A stretch of 64,000 nt of DNA from Opitutales bacterium (GCA_965226885.1 CBDDEL010000015.1:192001-256000), one strand, 5' to 3'. Counted from the first letter of the stretch, positions 31,715 to 43,250 are shown. Notes: a model not told the origin generated them from the letters alone. Translations and numbers: made by a program.

Positions 31715-32516
31715 GGTAGTGTATTAAGTAGGAATGGTGGCTAATTCTTGATTATATTGATGAATGAAAAGTCTCAGACAGGTTTCATGCATACTCTTAA
31801 GCTTGGAAAAGGAGAGGGTTTTGCGTGTGAAACGACCCAGTCGTTGGCGCAGGGTATTGTTCCATCGTTCCACATGGGCCGTTTCACCGGTTTCTTTTCC
31901 CACGGATCGGTTATGAGGAAAGACTTCATCATAAGTGCTCCAAAAGTCGCTGTAGGTGGCACATCTTTTGTAGGCCCGTGGCAGACGCTCGTAAAGTTCC
32001 CGGCAACGATACCAATCCCGAGGCCCAATGGCATAGGAGAGGATTTGACGGGTGCGTCGGCAAAGAGCGATCCAAACCCATTGGGCATCGCTCTTGCGCC
32101 CCACAAAAGACCACAGTTCGTCCAGTTCAATGACATCATGGCGGCGGGCCGCAAGAATCGTGCTTTTGAGCGGTCGCAGCGATTGTCGTTTTTTTTAACC
32201 AACTCAAAACGGTGTTGGGACTCACCCCGAAGGCGCGCTGTAAACCGCGTAGACTGCTGCGTTCCTGATAGACTCGAAGGATCATTTCTTTTTGCTCTTC
32301 GGTGTATTTCACTGTGGGGTTTTCGCGGCTTTGTTTACCACAATCATGGCAGCGGTAGCGCTGTTTATGGTTGGGCGTCTTGCCAAATTTAATGATATTT
32401 TCACTTCCACAGTGCCGACAATTAATAATTTTAGTAACCATGCACTAAAAATAAACTGCCTAACTCTATTTGTACAGCTAAAAATACAAAATAACATTCT
32501 TTTTTTATACACTACC
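31715..32516 (-). mobile_element. IS1-family element, inverted, full length
   Basis: 802 bp, reverse complement of the other IS1 copies. Confidence 0.93.
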
Positions 32517-32637
32517 CGATCTTCCAGGTTGACCAAGACCAGTCATGCCATCCCCGGAATTGGCTGCCTTAGATTTGGCCAAAAAAAGCCCTTCCCTTAT
32601 GGCGAACGAAACTTCTATGCACAACTGCCAGCCAGGT

Positions 32638-35500
32638 TGATCGGACCCCATCTTTGCTACCACTTTAAGTGAGAGTATTTCCTTAGGTTTGGTATTGTAG
32701 GTTTTGCAGCGGGTGGCGCAATGAGGCCGTAGGCCGAATGGAGCCAGCCGCTGCTTTGTTGATTGTTCGCCAGAGTCTGGCAAATGTATTTGGGGAGAGA
32801 AAGCCTAACCCGGATATTTCGTAAAAAAAGTATCGCTGATATGCTTAACTGCTGATATACAGCAGGATAGATCAATAATTAAAGCAATATCAGCGATGAC
32901 AAAAGGTAAACAATTAAAGCTACAGTTGACAAGGGTAAAAGGCCGCCGTGTGCGGGTTGATTTCAAGGGCGGAGAGGTTACTTCGGATGCCGGACTGCTT
33001 TTGATCCGGGAAGTGGATCGGCAGTTGGGCTTGACCGAACGAGCGGCCCGACAGTTAGTGGACAAACGGCAGAAGGGCAAAGTACGCCATGAGGTATTGG
33101 GGATGCTGCGGCAGCGCGTTTACGGGCTGGTGGCGGGCTATGAGGATTTAAACGACTTTGATACCCTGCGCCACGATCCATTGTTGCAAACGGTAACGGG
33201 GCGCATTGAAACGTTGGCCAGCGCGCCGACTTTGTGTCGTTTTGAAAACGGGCAGGATCGGCGGGCGGCCTTTGCGGTAAACGAGCTGTTGGTCGAACAG
33301 TTCATGGGCTCCTTTGCCGAGGAACCCGAAGAGATCATCCTGGACTTTGACGCCACCGACAATCCGGTGCACGGGCTCCAGGAGGGACGTTTTTTCCACG
33401 GTTATTATGATCATTACTGTTTTCTGCCGCTATATGTTTTTTGCGGTGATCAGCTGCTGGTGGCCTACCTGCGGCCGAGCAAGATCGATGCCAGCAAGCA
33501 TGCCGGGGCCATCCTCAAATTGCTGGTTAAACGGATTCGCCAAAGCTGGCCCCGTACGCGGATTATTTGGCGCGCCGACAGTGGATTTTGTCGAGACCGG
33601 ATACTCTCTTGGTGCGACCGCAACGAAGTTAGTTACATCGTGGGGATGGCTCGCAATGCACGCTTGCAGCAAGACGCCCAGCAGTTGCAAAAGCAGGCCA
33701 AAGAATGGTTCGAACTAAGGGGTAAAAAACAACGGTTATTCCAGGACTTCGTCTATGCTGCCGATTCGTGGCGATGGCTGCGGTTGGTCATCCATAAAGC
33801 CGAACACACCGCACAGGGGTCCAACCCGCGCTTCGTGGTGACGAACCTGCCGGGCGATCCCCAGGAGCTTTACGACAAGGTATACTGTGGCCGCGGTGAA
33901 ATGGAGAACCGAATCAAGGAACAGATGCAATTGTTCAGCGAGCGCACCAGCGCCCATCAATGGTGGGCCAATCAGTGGCGATTGGTGGGCCAATCAGTGG
34001 CGATTGCCTACACCTTGATGGAAGCCATGCGCCGGTTAGCCTTAAAAGGGACGAAGTGGGCGCGGGCCCAATGCCACACCCTGCGGCTCAAATTAATCAA
34101 GATCGGAGCGGTCATCGTGCGCAACACCCGAACGATTCACTTTCACCTAAGTGAGAGTTATCCTTGGGCCAGTCTTTTCAACCATGCGGCCCGCCGATTG
34201 GTGCCAACCTAAAGGGTGCATTGGTGCTGCCCCCGGCACTACCGAACCAATGGGGGAAAGGGGGCAGTGTCTCTACACCCTGAAAAACACCTAAAAATCA
34301 AGACGATCTGCTCAAAATACAAAGAAATCCATCTCCAATAGCAATAACGAGCCAAACTTTACCCTTCATGAAATATCCGGGCTAATCGGCTGTGGGGGTG
34401 TTTCGCGTTGTATTTGTGTCGCCATTGTTCGACCACCACACGCGCTTCGGTCACGCTCAGGAACAGTTCCTGATTAAGGCATTCATCGCGCAAACGATTA
34501 TGAAAGGATTCTATATGTCCATTCTGCCAAGGGCTTCCTGGATCAATGTATGCAATGGCAATTTCCTGCCGCTGCAGTTCTTCTTTGACTTGGTGGGCTA
34601 TAAACTCCGATCCGTTGTCCGAGCGGATGCACTGAGGTTTGCTGTTCTCCTTTATGGCTTTGTTCAATACCTCTACCACATCGGTACTTTTCAGTGAGCG
34701 CGCAACCTTAATGGCCAGGCATTGTCGGGTATGTTCATCGATCAGTGTCAAGAGCCTGAGCGGACCGCCCCGGTCGGTGCGATCCGCCACAAAGTCCCAA
34801 CTCCACACATGGTTGGGCTGCACTGCTCGGGTCAGGGTAGCTGTAGAGTGGCCCTGCCGGCGACGGCGCTTGCCAGGCGGCCGGCACACCCAGTCCTTCG
34901 AAACGACGCACTTTTTGGACGAATTTGCGACTCACGGGCCAGCCTTCATGGGCCAACAAAGCGCGGATCCGACGATAGCCATAGCGAGGGTGCTTCTTCG
35001 AAAAGGCAATGATGCGTGTCACCAGTTTATGCCTATACTCAGTAGCTTTCTTGGGTTCATACAGGTAGGTTGAGCGATGCAACCCAAAATACTGACAGGC
35101 CCGACGCAGCGAGCACGACCCTTGGGCCAATACATGCTTCACCGCTTCCTTTTTCTGCTTCGGGCCTACCATTTTTTTGCGTTCACCTCCTTGAGCACAC
35201 GGTTCTCCAGCATCTGCTCGGCTACTATCTTCTTAAGCTGCGTGTTTTCGCGCTCCAGCTCCTTCAGCCGCTTGGCGTCACGTAACTCCATCCGGCCATA
35301 CTTTTTACGCCAACGATGATAGCTTTGAGGACTAATATTGTGGGACCGACAGACATCCTGGATGCCTTTGCCTGCGTCTACTTCGCGCAGTATCGTTATG
35401 ATCTGTTCAGGTGTGTATCTTTTTTGCTTCATATGTCTTTCCGGTAATTTCTCCAGAAAGACTCTCACTGGCAATGGTCATGTTTTTGGCGGTCACATCA
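32638..35500 (-). mobile_element. IS3-family (IS407-like) element interrupted by IS1380; orfA 35166-35432, orfB frameshifted
   Basis: Ends TGATCGGACCCC..GTGAGAGT and ACTCTCAC..GGTCACATCA; OrfA MKQKRYTPEQI; OrfB WSWDFV, SDNGSEF and PWQNGHIESF. The C-terminus HPHSRLGFLSP continues across the IS1380; extra frameshift near 34890. Confidence 0.85.
32809..34381 (+). mobile_element. IS1380 copy 5 (tnp 32896-34212)
   Basis: IRs present; CTAA duplicated at 32805-32808 and 34382-34385; internal duplication plus deletion near 33961-34010. Confidence 0.95.
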
Positions 35501-35885
35501 TGAGGCATTCCGGTTTGCGTTTGAAACGGGATAATGCTGGGAAGTTAGGCGTTAGGCAAGCGAAAATGCTTTATTTTTCGGAATTTTGGTGGTTTTTCCT
35601 TTTTCCGGGAATGGAGTCTCGGGCGCCGCTGGCGGATTTTGTCAGGTTTCTTAAAAAAGAATTGAGCCCGGCGGGAAAATGAGTCATCTTGTCTTTCAAA
35701 ACGGAAATCCTGGTCTCAAATCTCAACATTTCAAAAAAAATTAAAAAAGTCCCGGATTTCAATTCTGGACTTCAAGCAGAGATTACCCGCCGCGGACCGC
35801 ATCTTGCTGGCCGGGAACTACGATTCCCACATTAAAATAAATTAATATAAATAATTAAAACCTTCTTCAAAACGAATTTCTTTCC

Positions 35886-36641
35886 ATGCCAGTATTTGAA
35901 AATATTGAGAATCAACAGGTTGCCTCTCCGGTAGAGGAACGGGGCCGAAGCCGCAAATCCAGGTACAAGCGTAACGACGCCTTCATACCTATGACACCCA
36001 GCGCCCCCCATGACGGTGAAATTATTGAATATTCACCCAACCGCACGGGCAATCGCCCGCCCGACCATGCCGCCATTTCACGCCGGGAGCAACGAATGCA
36101 CCGATCGAAAAAATATACCCAAAAAATAAATACTGGGCTGATCAATCCTTTTTCGGACCTTATGCTTTCTTTGGGCGACGATGGCCTGAAGTCTTTTTTC
36201 CTGGAAGGAGTAAAAAATATTCTCAAAACCCTCCGCGGTCTCTGGCCGACCAAAAAAAAGAAATCTACTCCGAAAAGCGGAGACTTCCAGAGAAGAAAAA
36301 GGCGGCCACGCAACAGAGGAGACTATCAAAAGAGGCGCAAGCAAAATGGAAACGAGGGAAAAGAGAAGCGGAACCAGGAACGGCCCAACCGCAATCGAAG
36401 GAGGGGGTCGAAAGGTAGATTGCCCCAACAAGGAAAATCCGAAAACCAGGGCAATTCAAGACAAGGCAATTCAAGAGATGGATCTGCAAACCGGAGGGGA
36501 AACAATGCCAACCCCAACTCCCAAGCCAACCCCAACGCCAATTCAAATTCCAATTCCAACTCAAAACCCAACCGCAATCGCCACCGTCGAAGAAGACCAT
36601 CCTCCGACCCCACAGGGGCCCAATCTCCCCGCAAGGACTGA
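35886..36641 (+). CDS. Hypothetical protein with an Arg/Asn-rich low-complexity C-terminus
   Basis: Long ORF co-oriented with murA and ending 18 bp before it; poly-basic and NS/NPN repeats. Confidence 0.65.
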   Translation: MPVFENIENQQVASPVEERGRSRKSRYKRNDAFIPMTPSAPHDGEIIEYSPNRTGNRPPDHAAISRREQRMHRSKKYTQKINTGLINPFSDLMLSLGDDGLKSFFLEGVKNILKTLRGLWPTKKKKSTPKSGDFQRRKRRPRNRGDYQKRRKQNGNEGKEKRNQERPNRNRRRGSKGRLPQQGKSENQGNSRQGNSRDGSANRRGNNANPNSQANPNANSNSNSNSKPNRNRHRRRRPSSDPTGAQSPRKD

Positions 36642-36659
36642 GCTTCGTCCTCCAGAGCT

Positions 36660-37958
36660 ATGGAAGTTCTGAGAATCCGGGGCGGAAATCCCCTGCATGG
36701 CGTTGTCACCGTGAGCGGAGCCAAAAATGCGGCCCTGCCGATTTTTGCCGCCACCCTCCTGACCGATGAGGAATGTGTCATAGACAACGTTCCCGACCTC
36801 AGCGATGTGCGTTATCAAGCGGAAATCTTGCAAAGCCTGGGCGCCGGAGTGTCGCGGGAAGGAGCCCACCGGTGGAAATTCAAGGCCGAGTGCCTGAACC
36901 CGCGGGCACCCTACGAACTGGTTCGCAAAATGCGGGCATCGGTTTGTTTAATGGGTCCCCTCGTGGGCCGGCTGCGCCGGGCGGAAGTCTCCCTGCCGGG
37001 TGGGTGCGTCATTGGCCCGAGACCCATCGACCTTCACCTCAAGGGCCTCGGCAAGCTGAATTGCGCCATCGAAATAGCCAATGGCTATGTGCACATAGAC
37101 GGCAGTTCCATGCGCGGTGCGGATATCTTTTTGGGCGGCCGCCATGGCCCCACCGTGACCGGCACAGCCAACATTTTGATGGCATCGGTATTGGCCCCCG
37201 GCCGCACCCGGATCGAAAGCGCAGCCTGTGAACCGGAGATTGTTGACCTATGCGGTATGCTCAACGCGATGGGCGCCGATATCAATGGTGTGGGCAGTCA
37301 TCACCTGACGGTGGAGGGAGTGGAGAAATTGCATGGCTGCCACTACCGAATCATTTCCGACCGCATTGAGGCGGGCACTTTTCTTCTCGCCGGAGCCATT
37401 ACGGGGGGCGATCTGACGGTCTCCGGCGCGCAGCCAAAACACCTCAGCGCTCTTTTCGACAAGCTGGAGGAAGCCTGCATCGGAACCGAAATCAGCCCGC
37501 ATGGCGATATACGGGTGATGGGCGGGGGCAAGCGCAAACCGGTTGATTTGATTACCTTGCCCCACCCCGCATTCCCCACCGATTTGCAAGCCCAGATGTG
37601 CGCCGTCATGAGCCTGACTCCCGGCCTCAGCATTCTGACCGAAAAAATCTACCCCAACCGCTTCATGCACGTACCCGAACTTCAACGCATGGGGGCGGAT
37701 ATCGCCATCGAAGGGCCCAGCGCAATCATCAACGGCAAGGAAACCTTGTCCGGAGCCCCTGTCATGGCCTCGGATCTGCGGGCCAGCGCGGCCTTGATTT
37801 TAGCCGGTTTGGCCGCCCGGGGGGAAACCTGGATACAGCGCATTTATCATATCGACCGCGGTTATGAACACATTGACGAGAGGCTTCATGCGCTCGGCGC
37901 GGACATCGTCCGCATGCCCGCCTCGGAAATGCCAAAAGATATGCTGGTGGAGGCCTGA
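36660..37958 (+). CDS. murA: UDP-N-acetylglucosamine 1-carboxyvinyltransferase
   Basis: SGAKNAALP, PGGCVIGPRPIDLH, FPTDLQ, DLRASA and HIDRGYE. Confidence 0.97.
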   Translation: MEVLRIRGGNPLHGVVTVSGAKNAALPIFAATLLTDEECVIDNVPDLSDVRYQAEILQSLGAGVSREGAHRWKFKAECLNPRAPYELVRKMRASVCLMGPLVGRLRRAEVSLPGGCVIGPRPIDLHLKGLGKLNCAIEIANGYVHIDGSSMRGADIFLGGRHGPTVTGTANILMASVLAPGRTRIESAACEPEIVDLCGMLNAMGADINGVGSHHLTVEGVEKLHGCHYRIISDRIEAGTFLLAGAITGGDLTVSGAQPKHLSALFDKLEEACIGTEISPHGDIRVMGGGKRKPVDLITLPHPAFPTDLQAQMCAVMSLTPGLSILTEKIYPNRFMHVPELQRMGADIAIEGPSAIINGKETLSGAPVMASDLRASAALILAGLAARGETWIQRIYHIDRGYEHIDERLHALGADIVRMPASEMPKDMLVEA

Positions 37959-37963
37959 AACCG

Positions 37964-38995
37964 ATGAGTGAGATGGAAAAAGGGACCCATTATCTGCAAA
38001 CCGCCCTGGAGCGGGACGAGAACATGGAGGCAGCCTTGCGGCCGACAGTTTTTGCCGATTTCACGGGCCAGAGAAAATCCGTCGAGCGTTTGCAGATCAT
38101 GGTCGGGGCGGCGCGAGACCGCCAGGACGTCCTCAACCACATCCTCATCAGCGGGCCGCCGGGACTGGGTAAAACCACCCTGGCCTGCATCCTCGGGCAC
38201 GAAATGAACAAAAAGGTGATCATCACCTCGGGGCCGGTCATCGAGAAACCGGGGGACGTGGCCGGGATGCTGACCAATCTGGAGGAGGGAGACATACTTT
38301 TCATTGACGAAATCCACCGCATACCGAAAACCGTAGAGGAATACCTCTACTCGGCGATGGAGGATTTTCGCATCGACATATTGCTCGACCAGGGCCCCAA
38401 TGCCCGCAGCGTGAGGCTGAACATTGCCAGGTTTACACTGGTCGGCGCTACCACCCGCCTGGGTTTGCTGACAGCCCCCTTGCGCAGCCGCTTTACTCTG
38501 CAAACCCGACTCGATTACTATAACAGGGAACAAATGCTGGCCATCGTCCTGCGCAGTTGCGGCCTGCTACATGTGGAGACCGATGATAAAGGGGCCGCTG
38601 AAATTGCCGGCAGGGCGCGCGGCACACCCCGCATAGCCAACAACCTGATCCATTTCGTGCGCGATTTTGCTCAACAAAGGGCGGATGGAAAAATCAATGT
38701 CAAAGTCGCCGCCGGGGCCCTCGAAATGCTCGAAATCGACCAAAACGGCCTCGACGAAATGGACAAGCGCATCCTCCGCCTGATGGCCGAAAATTACAAG
38801 GGAGGCCCGGTCGGGCTGAGCACCATCGCCGTCGCCGTGGGGGAGGAGGAACATACCCTGGAAGAAGTCCATGAACCCTACCTCATCCAGGAAGGTTATC
38901 TGCAACGCACTCCCCAGGGCCGCATTTTAACCGAAAAAGCCTACCACACGATTGGAATGGCCAAACCCGAGGACGGCCAGATGGCATTCTTTTAA
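37964..38995 (+). CDS. ruvB: Holliday junction helicase RuvB
   Basis: GPPGLGKTT, FIDEIHR, GATTR, RGTPR and RTPQGR. Confidence 0.97.
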   Translation: MSEMEKGTHYLQTALERDENMEAALRPTVFADFTGQRKSVERLQIMVGAARDRQDVLNHILISGPPGLGKTTLACILGHEMNKKVIITSGPVIEKPGDVAGMLTNLEEGDILFIDEIHRIPKTVEEYLYSAMEDFRIDILLDQGPNARSVRLNIARFTLVGATTRLGLLTAPLRSRFTLQTRLDYYNREQMLAIVLRSCGLLHVETDDKGAAEIAGRARGTPRIANNLIHFVRDFAQQRADGKINVKVAAGALEMLEIDQNGLDEMDKRILRLMAENYKGGPVGLSTIAVAVGEEEHTLEEVHEPYLIQEGYLQRTPQGRILTEKAYHTIGMAKPEDGQMAFF

Positions 38996-39148
38996 CCGAA
39001 GAGAGCGGGAGAAGGATGCAGGTGTCAGGTTTCAGGACCCGACGCGTAAATCACTAATAAAGGAAATTCTATCCTCCATCCCGGACCCCGATACCCTAAA
39101 ACGATTAAAACTTGCCGCATAGGCAATTTTGTCGATACTTTCCAGTTT

Positions 39149-39355
39149 ATGAGACAGGTTTTGGTCTATCCTGGAGAAGATGGCTACTGGGTAGCGGAAT
39201 GCCCCAGCCTGCCAGGCTGTATTTCCCAAGGGAGCACAAAGGAGCAGGTCCTATCGAATATCAAAGAAGCGATCACCGTTTACATCGACGCTCTGGAGGA
39301 AGACAATCTGCCCGTCCCGCCCGATAATCAAAAGGCTGCTGTGATTAGTATATGA
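39149..39355 (+). CDS. hicB: HicB-family antitoxin (short form)
   Basis: YWVAECPSLPGCISQGSTKEQVLSNIKEAI motif. Confidence 0.88.
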   Translation: MRQVLVYPGEDGYWVAECPSLPGCISQGSTKEQVLSNIKEAITVYIDALEEDNLPVPPDNQKAAVISI

Positions 39356-41399
39356 GCAAGCTGCCTCGAATTTCGGGCCGCAAACTCATTACCGTACTTG
39401 AAAAAGCGGGATATTACAAGAAAAGACAAAGCGGAAGCCATATCGTCATGCGCCGAGACAAACCCTTTGGGCAAACGATTGTGCCCGATCATCGGGAATT
39501 GGACCGTGGCACTTTACGGGCTATTCTAAGGCAGTCGGGGCTAACTAGAGGCTGTCCCAAAAATATAAAGATTTTATAGTCAACTGGATGACGTTGATAA
39601 AAAGAGCCGGAAAGAGCAAGTTTTTGCTCGATCCGGCCAAAAAAGGGTTCTATAATTGAGTTAGCGAAAATCAATATAGCCCTTTCTATGAAAAATATAG
39701 CCATCCAATGCCTCCTGCGTCCAGCCTTAACTGTGGTCGACCGGTGCCTCGATTACGATAACTTCCGCGCCACCATTGATCGAATCGATCGGCTGCTGAT
39801 CGACTCGGAGGTGGAATCGCAGGCCATTGAGCTGGCCTTGGAGGGGTGGCAGCCAATGGGTCTAAAGGCCCGGCGGCAGCGGGCCAGTTTTGCCATCAAG
39901 GCACTGCGCATGGATACGCTGGGCCGTCTGCTCGGAGGGATTTCGTTTCGGCATTTGTCGCGGGCTCTGGGCAGCAGCGATCTGTTGGCCGACTTTTGCC
40001 GTGTCCGGCAGATCGATGGCATCAGGGGCATCTCCAAAAGCACCCTGGAGCGGGCCTCGAAGTTTTTCAGCGAAGAGCAGTTGAGGGCCTTGCACCGGAC
40101 CTTGACTGAGGTGGTGGGCGATGCCCTTCTGGCCCGGCAGGTGGGATTGGACAAGCCGATTGACACCACCATTTGCCTGATCGACGGCACCTGTTTGGAG
40201 GCTAACATTCATTGGCCGACGGACTGGGTATTACTCAAGGATGTAGCCGGCACGTTGCTCAAAGCGATCCGGCTGATCCGCGAGAAGGCCGGTTTGCGCC
40301 ATCGCATGCCGATCGAACCGGAGCCCTTGGCTCGGCAGATGAATCGGCTGTGCATACAGATGACCCACAGCCGGCGGCGAAAGGACAGCGCGCGGCAGCG
40401 CAAGGGTATCTTGAGGCAGATGAAAAAGCTGCTCAAACGGATCGGGGAGCATGCCCGCAGTCACCGGGAATTATTGCAAGCCTGCTGGGAGCAAGGCGAT
40501 TACAGCGAAAAACAGGTCCAACAGATCCTCGCCCGGATGGAGCGCATGAGCGAGCAAATCCCGGTGGTCATCAAACAGGCGCACGAGCGGATCATTGGCG
40601 GCCGCCAGGTGAAAAACGCAGAGAAAGTCTTGAGTGTTTACGAACTCGATGGGCAGGTGATTGTGCGAGGTAAAGCGGGCCAAGAGGTCGAGTTCGGCAA
40701 CACCCTGTTTTTGGGAGAAAGCGTTGAAGGGTACCTGCTGGACTGGAAACTCTACGGCAGCCGAACTCCAAGCGAAAATGAACAAATGCAAGAGAGTTTG
40801 CAAAGACAGAACCGCTTCAACCTGGAAGAACCCATAGCGGCCATGTGCGCGGACCGGGGATTTGCCTCCCAGCGGGCCCGCCGGCAGTTAGCCCAGGAGG
40901 GAATCTACGACGCGCTCTGTCCACGCGATCCGAAGCAGTTGAAAAAACGGATGGAGGAACCACTGTTCAGACAATTGCAAAAGCGCCGGGCCAGCACCGA
41001 AGGGCGGATCGGGGTATTGAAGAATCGCTGGCAGGCCGGGCGGTTGCGCAGCAAAGGCTTTGCCAACCGCTCGATCAGCGTAGCCTGGTCGGTACTCTCG
41101 CACAACCTATGGAAAGTAGCCAAGATGCTGGCCCAGCAAGACGAACTAAAAACCAAAGCGGCGGCCTAGAGAGCGGAAAAGCAAGGACAATACTTTTTCA
41201 CAGCCTTACTGGCGGCTCATACAAAGAAAACCAGGCAACCGGACCCCAAAACCAGTATCCTAACGTCATAGGAGAGCAAAGTTGATACTCTCCCAAATGC
41301 AAAAACCTCTAAAATGAGCGCCTATCAAAAGCCCTCGCAAAAATCACCCTTTTGGGACAGCCTCTAACTACAAAACAGCTCGAATCATTCCTGAAGTAA
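39352..41399 (+). pseudogene. hicA: HicA-family toxin, interrupted near its C-terminus by an IS
   Basis: RQSGSH, IVPDH and GTLRAILRQ. The native tail TTKQLESFLK* resumes after the IS at 41365-41399. Confidence 0.87.
39548..41364 (+). mobile_element. ISNCY-like (ISDol1-type) IS, intact 1817-bp copy (tnp 39688-41169)
   Basis: IRs GAGGCTGTCCCAAAA; 6-bp duplication TAACTA at 39542-39547 and 41365-41370. Confidence 0.92.
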
Positions 41400-41605
41400 A
41401 ATTACGAATTTTCAAAAAAATAGGCTTCGCTTGAATGTCGATGGATTGCACCCCCCGGCACGGCACATTTCCAAACGGAAACACCCCGTTTCCTTATACA
41501 TTTCTTGTAGCAGATCTTTAAACGAGTAAGTATATTCTTTGTCCAAAAGATATATCGAAATTGAAAAGCGAAGATCGTTGTTTTACACAGCTCGAAATCC
41601 TTTTT

Positions 41606-42217
41606 ATGTTAAGCCTGAAATTGTTCACTGAACACCGGATTGCGTTCTCCCGGCTATTGATCTTGTTGTGGATCACCCTCTTATTATTTTCCCATCACAA
41701 ATGGAGTGAAGGCGGGCTGATGGACAGCTCAATGACTTGGCTGGCGGTTATCCTGCTCGGGCTTGCCATGCTGGGGCGCATATGGTGCTCCATTTATATT
41801 AGCGGTTATAAAAACCGGGAACTGGTGCATCACGGACCTTATTCTATTTGCCGGCACCCTCTTTATTTTTTCACTTTTCTGGGAGTGATGGGCATAGGGC
41901 TTACCACGGAGAGCATGATGTTGACGATGCTTCTCGCGCTATTCTACTGGCTATATTATCCGGCCGTGATGAAGGAAGAAGAGGTTGCCCTGACCACACT
42001 CTTTGGCAAACATTATACCAGTTATTGCCGAAAAACCCCTCGGTTTTTTCCTAACCTGAGGCGGTTTCGTCAAGCCGATCCATTTTTGGTGAAACCCGCC
42101 CTGTTGCAAAGGCGTTTGTGGGAATCATTCTGGTTTCTGATCGCATTCCCCATTGCCGGAATCATCGAGTATATGCACCTGCACGGCTTTTTGCCAATTT
42201 TGTTTTTGAGCTATTGA
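41606..42217 (+). CDS. Isoprenylcysteine carboxyl / phospholipid methyltransferase-family membrane protein
   Basis: GPYSICRHPLY, EE..L...FG..Y..Y...TPRFFP motifs; TM segments. Confidence 0.85.
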   Translation: MLSLKLFTEHRIAFSRLLILLWITLLLFSHHKWSEGGLMDSSMTWLAVILLGLAMLGRIWCSIYISGYKNRELVHHGPYSICRHPLYFFTFLGVMGIGLTTESMMLTMLLALFYWLYYPAVMKEEEVALTTLFGKHYTSYCRKTPRFFPNLRRFRQADPFLVKPALLQRRLWESFWFLIAFPIAGIIEYMHLHGFLPILFLSY

Positions 42218-42269
42218 AATCTAAAAAGGCCGTCCCGCCACCGGGCTATATAGCTCAAGTAAATTCCAA

Positions 42270-43250
42270 TCAGCACACGAGGCTGCCGAAATCATCCACC
42301 TGGCCGGTGAATCCGCCCGGCGCTCCCTTGTTCATAACGGCCACCGCATCGTGTGAATGGAGCGACTCCAGATGCGCGCATGCGATCTGGAAGTCAACTA
42401 TACGGTCATCGCCCTGAAGCTGTTCGTAAACCAGCCGCACGGCGTCCTCCACAAATTTGGGCTGCTCGCCGTTCATTTCGGCAAAAGCCTGCTCGTCGTC
42501 CCTCCGGACCATGACCTGGGTTTCTGTCGGCAATGCCTTCCGGCAATGGCGCAAAAGGTCCTCGATGCAGAGCAATGCACCGGGCCTGACTTCCACGCTG
42601 AGGCGCGCTTTGCTTCTTTGCGAATGCGGAATGGCATAGACATTGCGCGTCTGGCGGGAATGTTCCGCCAATTCGGATGAGGATGGACAGGCCGACGAAT
42701 AAACAAAGTCGAAATGGAGGCGTTTGCGAAAGCGGTCCAGATCGTCAAGAATCCCCTCGTAAACCACCTCGTAATATTGATAGCCCTCAAGATTGCTGCG
42801 CAGGCTTTTCTGCAATACTGGATAAGAAAAGGAGAGCCGCACACAGGCCCGGCTGCTGCCGATGTCCGCTTTGTAACGCAGGAGTATTTCCTCCAGTAGT
42901 TCTAGGGTAAATACGCGGTCCTTGAAAACGTAAAAAGTCCGTATAATGCGGGACATGTTGATGCCCTTGGTTTCCGCCGCCACGGACACCGAGCCAGTCA
43001 CCGAAACTTCAATTTTCAAAGTCTCATTTTTCTCTGTGAGGATACTCAAGGGCTGCCGAAAATTGGATATGCCGGTCTGCAAAATGGGCACATTGGCCCC
43101 CCTGATCTCCGTCGAGGGAGCATTCTGCACATCGGGCAGGCTGTGGCGGTATTGTTCGGTAGCCATCAACTTCTGCTCCTCATTAGGCAACTGCGATTTG
43201 CTTTCTCCAGACGGATTGATGGCAAACGGACTCTTTTGTGAATCTTTCAT
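42270..43250 (-). CDS. folE2: GTP cyclohydrolase I type B
   Basis: [27 protein letters not shown] and ESLHSHDA. Confidence 0.93.
   Translation of the reverse strand: MKDSQKSPFAINPSGESKSQLPNEEQKLMATEQYRHSLPDVQNAPSTEIRGANVPILQTGISNFRQPLSILTEKNETLKIEVSVTGSVSVAAETKGINMSRIIRTFYVFKDRVFTLELLEEILLRYKADIGSSRACVRLSFSYPVLQKSLRSNLEGYQYYEVVYEGILDDLDRFRKRLHFDFVYSSACPSSSELAEHSRQTRNVYAIPHSQRSKARLSVEVRPGALLCIEDLLRHCRKALPTETQVMVRRDDEQAFAEMNGEQPKFVEDAVRLVYEQLQGDDRIVDFQIACAHLESLHSHDAVAVMNKGAPGGFTGQVDDFGSLVC

Larger units (their letters stand above)
31380..32545 (-). pseudogene. Remnant of an IS5-family transposase N-terminus, split by the IS1 unit
   Basis: Joining across the CGATCTTC duplication reads LVNLEDRIPAKHPIRRIKAMLDEVLSGMS, resembling IS5 transposase N-termini. 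Confidence 0.6.

Noticed and set aside
32601..32771. Integron attC-like site (GGCGAAC...hairpin...GTTCGCC)
   Set aside because: The hairpin and GTTCGCC lie within the C-terminal coding end of the IS407-like orfB; there is no integrase or cassette array.
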